Source: Phycisphaerae bacterium
GTDB taxonomy: Bacteria > Planctomycetota > Phycisphaerae > Sedimentisphaerales > UBA12454
Assembly: GCA_041478555.1 (NCBI GenBank)
Contig: JBGOWI010000005.1
Location: 20,365 to 84,364 of the forward strand
Reading direction: 5' to 3'
DNA: 64,000 bases
Shown here: positions 57,456 to 64,000 of the stretch, one piece after another
Numbering within the stretch: the first letter of the stretch is position 1
Layout of the letters: the number at the start of each line of letters is the position of its first letter
Position numbers and translations under genes: made by a program
The notes under the pieces: generated by a model
The model's database searches: none
Seen by the model: only the letters and a program-made list of their open reading frames with translations
What the model was told of the DNA's origin: nothing

Positions 57456-58556
57456 ATGTCCAATACTGGTCGACAAGACACTTCGATTAAAGAGCTTGGC
57501 AAAGGGGCGGAGGAGGGTTTTGCCCCTGCTGTTTTGCAGTCACTGCCGGTTGGGGTTATCGTGTTTGACAAAGAACTTAAGATTCTAACTGCAAATTCAT
57601 ACGCTTCTGACCTTATAGATGTACGAACAACCGCCGACGTTACACTCGCAATCGGAACTAATGAAAAAATCTGGGGAAACTGGCGCAAAATACTGCGGGA
57701 AGTTATAAAAGACGGCAAAATCTGTCGGTTTGATAATGTGAGCTATTGTCTTGCAGACAAAATGTCTCTATTGCAGATAACATGTGCACCGCTGAGAAAA
57801 TCATCGGCTGATTCAATACAGGGCGGCCTTATCATGCTGGAAAATATGACCGAAAGAGCAAATATCCAAAAGCAGCTTGCAAATATTGAAAGGCTTGCCG
57901 CTCTGGGAAAGCTCGCAAGCAAGGTGGCACACGAACTTAATAATCCAATCGACGGGATAATGCGATACATCAATCTGGCAAAAAGAGCCATCAGCGAAGA
58001 AGGGCTGTCAAAGCCCGTCGAGTACCTTGAACATGCCGGGGAGGGACTGAAAAGAATGGTACAGATTATTACAGAACTGCTTGAGTTTTCACGAAGCAGA
58101 TATTCGACTCTCGAGGATACACCTATGGATAAAATCATCGACGATGCAATCAAATTTGTTGAGCCGAAGGCTGTGGCAGCAGGGGTAGAAATCGAACGCC
58201 AGTTCAAGTCGCCTCTGCCGAAAGCAAGAGGCGGAAACCTCTTTCAAGTGTTCTGTAATCTGCTCAAGAACGCAGTTGAGGCAATGCCCGACGGCGGAAA
58301 GGTAACAATAAGCTGCGGTGTTTCTGATGATAATATTGCAGTAATAAAGTTTCGGGATACAGGACCGGGATTTGAGCCGGCAAACAGTGAAGCAATTTTT
58401 GAGCCCTTCTTTACGACCAAGACGGGCGGCAAGGGCACCGGGCTGGGGCTTGCTATCTGCAGGGATATCATAGAAAAGTACGGCGGAAAAATCACCGCTC
58501 AGAATGCACCCAATGTCGGCAGCATATTTACAGTCTATCTGCCGTTGAATAAATAA
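57456..58556 (+). CDS. PAS-containing cytoplasmic sensor histidine kinase (NtrB-like)
   Basis: VAHELNNP, QVFCNLLKNA, DTGPG, FEPFFTTK, GTGLGL. Confidence 0.93.
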   Translation: MSNTGRQDTSIKELGKGAEEGFAPAVLQSLPVGVIVFDKELKILTANSYASDLIDVRTTADVTLAIGTNEKIWGNWRKILREVIKDGKICRFDNVSYCLADKMSLLQITCAPLRKSSADSIQGGLIMLENMTERANIQKQLANIERLAALGKLASKVAHELNNPIDGIMRYINLAKRAISEEGLSKPVEYLEHAGEGLKRMVQIITELLEFSRSRYSTLEDTPMDKIIDDAIKFVEPKAVAAGVEIERQFKSPLPKARGGNLFQVFCNLLKNAVEAMPDGGKVTISCGVSDDNIAVIKFRDTGPGFEPANSEAIFEPFFTTKTGGKGTGLGLAICRDIIEKYGGKITAQNAPNVGSIFTVYLPLNK

Positions 58557-58641
58557 AAAGAGAAATAGCCGCGAAGGCACGAAGACACAAAGGAAGAAAC
58601 AGGTAAAACAAAAGAATACAAAAAACGAAAATTTGGAATCT

Positions 58642-60030
58642 ATGAAGAACAGCAATATTTTAATAGTTGACGACGACAGGATAATACTTGATTCGCTTTG
58701 CGAGTTTTTAAAACTCGAAGGTTACAGCACTGTCGGAGCCGAATCATACAAACAGGCGGTAAACCAGATACAAAAACAAAAATTTTCTCTCGCCGTTGTT
58801 GATGTCAATCTGCCGGACGGCAGCGGTTTCGAGCTGCTCAATTTAGTCAAAAAAAATCATCCGCAGACCGTTGTGATTATTATCACTGGTTACGGTACAA
58901 TTGAAAGCGCCGTCGAGGCAATCAAGATGGGGGCTTACGATTACCTTACAAAACCCATTAATGATGACGACTTACGGCTGGCTGTCGAAAGGTCGCTGAA
59001 ACAGCAGTCGCTTATCAGCGAAAACGAAAATCTCAAAAGCCAGCTTGAACGCAAATACAGCCTTGAAAATATCATCAGTCAGAATTACAAAATGGCTAAA
59101 ATCTTCGACCTTGTCGAGGCTGTTGCGGACAGCAGGTCAACTATCCTTATGACAGGGCCCAGCGGCACGGGAAAAACTATTCTGGCAAGAGCGATTCATT
59201 ACCGCTCCGGAAGAAAGGATAAACCATTCGTCGAGGTAAGCTGCGGTGCTCTGCCGGAAACTCTGCTCGAAAGTGAATTGTTTGGACACGTAAAAGGCTC
59301 TTTTACCGGCGCTATCAGCGATAAACAGGGAAAATTTCTTGCCGCAGACGGAGGCACAATTTTTCTCGATGAAATCTGCAGCGCTTCGGCGGCCCTGCAG
59401 GTAAAGTTTCTGCGCGTCATTCAGGAAAGACAGCTTGAGCCTGTCGGCAGCAACAAAACTATTACCGTCGATACTCGCTTGATTGTCGCCTCGAACAAAA
59501 ATATACTCGAAGAAGTAAAACACGGCAGGTTCAGAGAGGATTTGTATTACAGAATCAATGTAATAACAATAAACCTTCCGGCACTTAACGAAAGACCGGC
59601 CGATATCCCACTGCTTGCCGAGCATTTTATGAAAAACTTCTGCATATCGCATAACCGTGCAAAGCTGGGAATTACCGAGAGGGCAATGGATGCCCTGCAG
59701 AGATATAACTGGCCGGGAAATGTACGTGAACTCGAAAATGTTTTGGAAAGAGCGGTCCTCTTGAGCAAAACAGACTATATCACATTAGAAGATATACCTG
59801 TCAATATAACCTCTCACATGGTCGAAATCAGTCCGGAAGATTATAAAAACATAAGTCTCAAAAACGCGATTGTCGAACCGGAAAGAAAAATTATCAGAGC
59901 AGTCCTTGAGGCAAACAACTGGAACAGACAGCTTACGGCAAAGGCCCTTAATATCAACAGAACCACTCTTTATAAAAAAATGAAAAAATACGGACTGGAA
60001 GCGGAAGCTGAGAGGCTGGGAATAAGGTGA
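58642..60030 (+). CDS. sigma54-dependent response regulator (NtrC family)
   Basis: REC domain, GPSGTGK, ESELFGH..GSFTGA, FREDLYYR, WPGNVREL, Fis-type HTH. Confidence 0.95.
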   Translation: MKNSNILIVDDDRIILDSLCEFLKLEGYSTVGAESYKQAVNQIQKQKFSLAVVDVNLPDGSGFELLNLVKKNHPQTVVIIITGYGTIESAVEAIKMGAYDYLTKPINDDDLRLAVERSLKQQSLISENENLKSQLERKYSLENIISQNYKMAKIFDLVEAVADSRSTILMTGPSGTGKTILARAIHYRSGRKDKPFVEVSCGALPETLLESELFGHVKGSFTGAISDKQGKFLAADGGTIFLDEICSASAALQVKFLRVIQERQLEPVGSNKTITVDTRLIVASNKNILEEVKHGRFREDLYYRINVITINLPALNERPADIPLLAEHFMKNFCISHNRAKLGITERAMDALQRYNWPGNVRELENVLERAVLLSKTDYITLEDIPVNITSHMVEISPEDYKNISLKNAIVEPERKIIRAVLEANNWNRQLTAKALNINRTTLYKKMKKYGLEAEAERLGIR

Positions 60031-60116
60031 AAAAATCCGGCAGACAGAGGACAGAAAATTTTGCTCGTTCTCGCGACAAAAGCAATTTTTAGGAGCCGCC
60101 TTAATTTTTTCGGCTG

Positions 60117-61949
60117 CTAATAGAACCAATTCCCGGCAAAAACGGCGAAGTCTTTCATATTCACGAAACAATCATCGCCAGTCAGGTCGCCTGGACATCC
60201 AGGCGTTGGCGGCTGCAGCCAATTTTCAACCAGCACCTGCAAATCCTCAAAATCCACATCCCTGTCTTCGTCAAAATCACCGGCGATAGCACCGAAAAGG
60301 GCAACAAGTTCGATACCGTTACCGGTACCGAGGTTGCGGGAATATTGTTTGTCGATAGAGTTGTTCCAGTGCTCGTGGACGCCAAGACTGGACAGTCGCG
60401 TTCCGTCCCTTTCAGGGTCGTAAAATGTTTTTGAGCAGGGGTCATTCGCCAGTGCCGCCTCGTGGAGGTAATCATCGGTTCCTGCATGAGCCGGGCCGTT
60501 GGGATCAGGCCATTCGGTAACGAGAAAGTCAAAACCCACAGAGTCGATGGCCACCATGTCCTGCGAGGCAAAAATGCTTGAAGGCCAATCATTATTAAAT
60601 GGCGCCATCTGCCATTTCAGCGGAACTGGAGAAGTAAACGGAGGGATCGTTTTCCCGTGCTGGCCCGCATATAACCCATCAATGAGGCAAAGCAGCGTCT
60701 TGTCGCCGAGATGGCGATGCCCCATCAAGTCTACCAAATCCCTGTACTTGCCGCTGGCTGGAACGCTATAGGCACAATCCGAGTGCATATCATAATATCC
60801 GCTGGCATCCGGTCTTCTGAGAGAGCCGAAATGGTTTTTTGCACAAAGGGTAATTCCCGCCACGTTGTAATGGCCTTTTAGAGAGGGCAGATTGATAAAG
60901 TATTCTGCGTCCACATACGATTGCATAACATGGTCCTGCGTTTTACCGTTGGCATGCGTGGTACTCCAGTAGAAATTGACGTCGGAGGGCGTGGCTTGGG
61001 TCCGGTTATACCAACCGAGATAATCCAGATAATGAACGTTCGGGAAATCCGGCTGAATCATATCGTAGAATTCATTGCACCATAAGCAGGTTGGGTCGCC
61101 AATAGCAATATCAGACTCGGATACTCCGACGACGTTCACAAGCTGGTCCAGCAGTGCATGCATAATCTGGGGTGAGCATATCGGATAGTCAGGATGGTGG
61201 TTGACGCTGACAAAGTTATAATCGGTGGCGCCGGCGTCCCCCCTTACGGCTATCATATCCACAAAATTGACTTTAATCATAATTTTCTCGCCGCTTGTGT
61301 ATCCCACGTCTGGCTTACCGTGTTCTTGATTAAAATATAGAAAAAGAGCGTTCCACGCCTCTGCAACATCCACTTCCCCGGTCAGCGTACAAATGGTACG
61401 CTGTATCATCGAGTTAATAACCTGCTGATTGGTATGATTGCTCTGCCACCAATACCCATCACCCGTACCCGGACCATTCCAAGTAGTAGCATTCGGGTCG
61501 TGCACCCAAACTACTCGGCCTGGATGAACTCCTCTGGCAACTCCTATGGGGCTGTTTGCAGGTGATGAGCCGGCTGCCTTTGTCTGTTTATCCGTGTTAA
61601 ATGTCAGGCAAAGCCATACACACCCGATACTAACTGCTACACACAATAATCCGCTAATGTAGCGTGAACGTGAAAAATGACTTTTTGCCTTACGAAAAAC
61701 TGCCGCCGAACCACCCAAACCCAGAAGCCAGACGATAAAACCCGATGCAAGCGGAAAAGCAACTCGTTGACAGGGATAAGTTATTCGTGAGGGTTTGGGA
61801 ATCACCCGTATCAACGTCCAGATTAACGCCAGCAGGCCGACCACCGGAAACAGCCATATCAACCAGCGGTGTTTTCTCTTACCTTTAATATGCTTGCCCG
61901 TCCTGGGACAAATCGATATGCCAGACTTTTCTTCTCGAAACCTTATCAT
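60117..61949 (-). CDS. DUF362 domain exported protein with dockerin-like C-terminus
   Basis: RVIPKPSR..YPCQR, PGRVVW, KIMIKVN, INLPSLKGH..TLCAKNHFG, GDFDED..GDLTGD..DFAVFAGNW; ATG at 61949 with RBS AAGGAGG. Confidence 0.85.
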   Translation of the reverse strand: MIRFREEKSGISICPRTGKHIKGKRKHRWLIWLFPVVGLLALIWTLIRVIPKPSRITYPCQRVAFPLASGFIVWLLGLGGSAAVFRKAKSHFSRSRYISGLLCVAVSIGCVWLCLTFNTDKQTKAAGSSPANSPIGVARGVHPGRVVWVHDPNATTWNGPGTGDGYWWQSNHTNQQVINSMIQRTICTLTGEVDVAEAWNALFLYFNQEHGKPDVGYTSGEKIMIKVNFVDMIAVRGDAGATDYNFVSVNHHPDYPICSPQIMHALLDQLVNVVGVSESDIAIGDPTCLWCNEFYDMIQPDFPNVHYLDYLGWYNRTQATPSDVNFYWSTTHANGKTQDHVMQSYVDAEYFINLPSLKGHYNVAGITLCAKNHFGSLRRPDASGYYDMHSDCAYSVPASGKYRDLVDLMGHRHLGDKTLLCLIDGLYAGQHGKTIPPFTSPVPLKWQMAPFNNDWPSSIFASQDMVAIDSVGFDFLVTEWPDPNGPAHAGTDDYLHEAALANDPCSKTFYDPERDGTRLSSLGVHEHWNNSIDKQYSRNLGTGNGIELVALFGAIAGDFDEDRDVDFEDLQVLVENWLQPPTPGCPGDLTGDDCFVNMKDFAVFAGNWFY

Positions 61950-62128
61950 CTTTCCGCCTCCTTTTGCCCCCTCTTTTGCAACGAACAATACTTTCTAATA
62001 AAGAGGAACAGATTAACCAATTATACCCTTGATTTTGTAAAAAAGCAAGGAAAAAGAGTAAAAAAGACGAGATTTGCGACTAAAAGTCATCCGCCTCTGG
62101 CGAGACCTCGCCGTTAGGCGGGGTGGTA

Positions 62129-62935
62129 TTACAAAAGATTTTGTTTTACATATTTGATGGCGTTGTCAAAGATTGTTCTGCCGTCGGCTCTGGTTTTGTC
62201 ATTCAATCTTGTCCAGTGCGGGTGCTGAGTGTGTCTTACAAATCTTTCAGGATGAGGCATAAGCCCTAATACTCTGCCGGTTGAATCACACAGACCTGCG
62301 ATAGAATCAGTCGAACCGTTGGGATTTATCGGAAATGGGCCGGTATTGCCGTTTTCGTCAACATATCTGAATACAATTCGGCCATCTGCCTTCAGTCTTT
62401 CAAGCACTTCATTATTTTCAAAGACAACCTTTCCTTCGCCGTGAGCTATCGGCAGATAAATTCTTCTGTCAGGGTCGATGAAGATACACTTTCTGCCTGA
62501 AGGTTCAAGATATACCCATCTATCCTCGAATTTACCACTGTCGTTGTACGTGATTGTTATCTGCTGTCTGCCTGAAGGTTCGATTTTACCGAGGATGCCG
62601 GTCTTTACAAGGACCTGAAAACCGTTACAGATGCCCAGGACGATTTTGCCTGATTCTATAAAGGCGTTAAGTCTGTCGGAGAGATGATGAATAATCTGGT
62701 TTGCAAGGATTTTGCCTGCAGCGACGTCGTCGCCGTAACTGAAACCGCCCGGAATGACAAGAATCTGGAAGGTATCGAGAATATCAGGGCTTTCAATGAT
62801 TCTGTTTATATGGATTCTCTGTGCCTGGCAGCCGGCAAGCTCAAGTGCGTATTGCGTCTCCACATCACAATTGATGCCCGCTGCTCTTAAAACCAGTGCG
62901 TTTACCCCGTTAGAAATTTTTCCCTTCTGTATCAT
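62129..62935 (-). CDS. purQ: FGAM synthase glutaminase subunit PurQ; present start codon lies inside an inserted element
   Basis: LRAAGINCD, PGGFSYGD, LGICNGFQ, AHGEG, NPNGS, LMPHPER. Confidence 0.95.
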   Translation of the reverse strand: MIQKGKISNGVNALVLRAAGINCDVETQYALELAGCQAQRIHINRIIESPDILDTFQILVIPGGFSYGDDVAAGKILANQIIHHLSDRLNAFIESGKIVLGICNGFQVLVKTGILGKIEPSGRQQITITYNDSGKFEDRWVYLEPSGRKCIFIDPDRRIYLPIAHGEGKVVFENNEVLERLKADGRIVFRYVDENGNTGPFPINPNGSTDSIAGLCDSTGRVLGLMPHPERFVRHTQHPHWTRLNDKTRADGRTIFDNAIKYVKQNLL

Positions 62936-63006
62936 ATTATTGCCTTGTTAGGAATTTTCCATTTTTATATCACATTCCCCGTTTTAGAATTTCTAACGGG
63001 GTTTAC
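62900..63006. mobile_element. 95-bp inverted-repeat element (CCCGTTAGAAAT...) with GTTTAC direct repeat inserted in the 5' end of purQ
   Basis: gtttac 62900-62905 and 63001-63006; termini cccgttagaaat / atttctaacggg. Confidence 0.8.
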
Positions 63007-63022
63007 CTGTTGTGCCATTTAA

Positions 63023-64000
63023 TCACCATTTCAATGGTTTCTGCCAGGCGTCTTTCAGCTTGTCAATTTCGATATCAATAACTTTTTTGCCTGCAGCATC
63101 TTTAACGATAAATCTTTTCTGTTCGGTTATTTTTCCTATCTGGCCGAAGGGGACGCCGAGCATAAGTTTCGCAAAATCGTTGTAATTTTCAGGCTTGACT
63201 TCCACTATGTATCGCGAACAGGACTCGCTGAATAATTGCGTCGCCGGAGCGGCACAATCAGAGGTTTTTGGTAAGCCCTTAAGGTCGGCGTGGATTCCGA
63301 AGCCGCCTGCAAAGGCCATCTCTGCAAGTGCAACAGCAAGGCCGCCTTCACTGCAATCGTGGCAGCTTATAATAAGACCTGCGTCAATCGCCCTGTGTAT
63401 CTTTTCAGCAGCAGCAGCAGCGGTTTTGATATCTGTTTTTGGGACATTTGCTCCGAGTTGATTTTGAATTTTGTAGTAATGTGAGCCGCCAAGCTCGTTT
63501 TTCGTAAGGCCGACCATAAACAACAGATTACCGGCGGACTTGGCGTCCATTGTTACGCATTTTTTAACGTCATCAACAAGGCCTATTGCGCTTATCAGCA
63601 GCGTTGCAGGTATTGATATTTCCGTGCCGTCATCGCAGAGAAAATTATTGTTCAGCGAGTCTTTACCCGAAATAAATGGTGCACCGAAACCAACGGCGCC
63701 GTCAAAACAGGCCTGGGCAGAGCGGACCAGAGAGCCTAAGGTTTCTTCTTTTTTGCAGTCTGCCCAGCAGAAATTATCCAGCAGTGCGATTCTGTCAGGT
63801 CTTGCGCCGACACAGATGATATTTCTTATCGCTTCGTCAATTCCTGCAAGAGCCATCCAGTATGGGTCTATATCGCCATAGAAAGGATTTAAGCCGCAGC
63901 CGATTGCAATACCTTTGTCAGAATTGGATTTCGGCTGAATTACTGCTGCATCGTTCGGGCCGTCATTAGCGATTCCGCCGAGGGGTTTTACGACCGAGCC
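63023..64000 (-). CDS. purL: FGAM synthase subunit PurL, 3' part (runs off the window)
   Basis: DNFCW, PFISGKDSLNN, HDCSEGGLAVALAEM, LFSES. Confidence 0.95.
   Translation of the reverse strand, partial: GSVVKPLGGIANDGPNDAAVIQPKSNSDKGIAIGCGLNPFYGDIDPYWMALAGIDEAIRNIICVGARPDRIALLDNFCWADCKKEETLGSLVRSAQACFDGAVGFGAPFISGKDSLNNNFLCDDGTEISIPATLLISAIGLVDDVKKCVTMDAKSAGNLLFMVGLTKNELGGSHYYKIQNQLGANVPKTDIKTAAAAAEKIHRAIDAGLIISCHDCSEGGLAVALAEMAFAGGFGIHADLKGLPKTSDCAAPATQLFSESCSRYIVEVKPENYNDFAKLMLGVPFGQIGKITEQKRFIVKDAAGKKVIDIEIDKLKDAWQKPLKW

Overview
Bacterial chromosomal window of moderate GC. Gene content (ECF sigma factor fused to extracytoplasmic domains, dockerin-like C-terminal tags, DUF362 and HNH-AP2 proteins) suggests Planctomycetota, probably Phycisphaerae/Sedimentisphaerales (inference). 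Housekeeping genes: yidC, clpC, rpsB-tsf-pyrH-frr, purL(partial)-purQ. Also present: a Wzx/Wzy-type polysaccharide cluster, a ParA fused to a CBM48-like domain, an Rrf2-hcp-cupin-permease operon, a sigma54 two-component system beside a PilZ gene, and secreted LRR, ELWxxDGT, CLCA-like vWA and DUF362 proteins. No rRNA, tRNA, CRISPR array, transposase or integrase was recognised. Most unusual signals: (1) tiny inverted-repeat elements flanked by a duplicated 6-bp GTTYAC/GTRAAC site, one of which interrupts the start of purQ and supplies a new ATG; (2) intergenic palindromes that also occur in frame inside yidC, an O-antigen-ligase/TPR gene and the PilZ gene; (3) apparent enrichment of D-x-N (and D-P-C) tripeptides in exported proteins, a possible lineage-specific modification sequon. 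All calls were made by eye from the sequence and ORF track.
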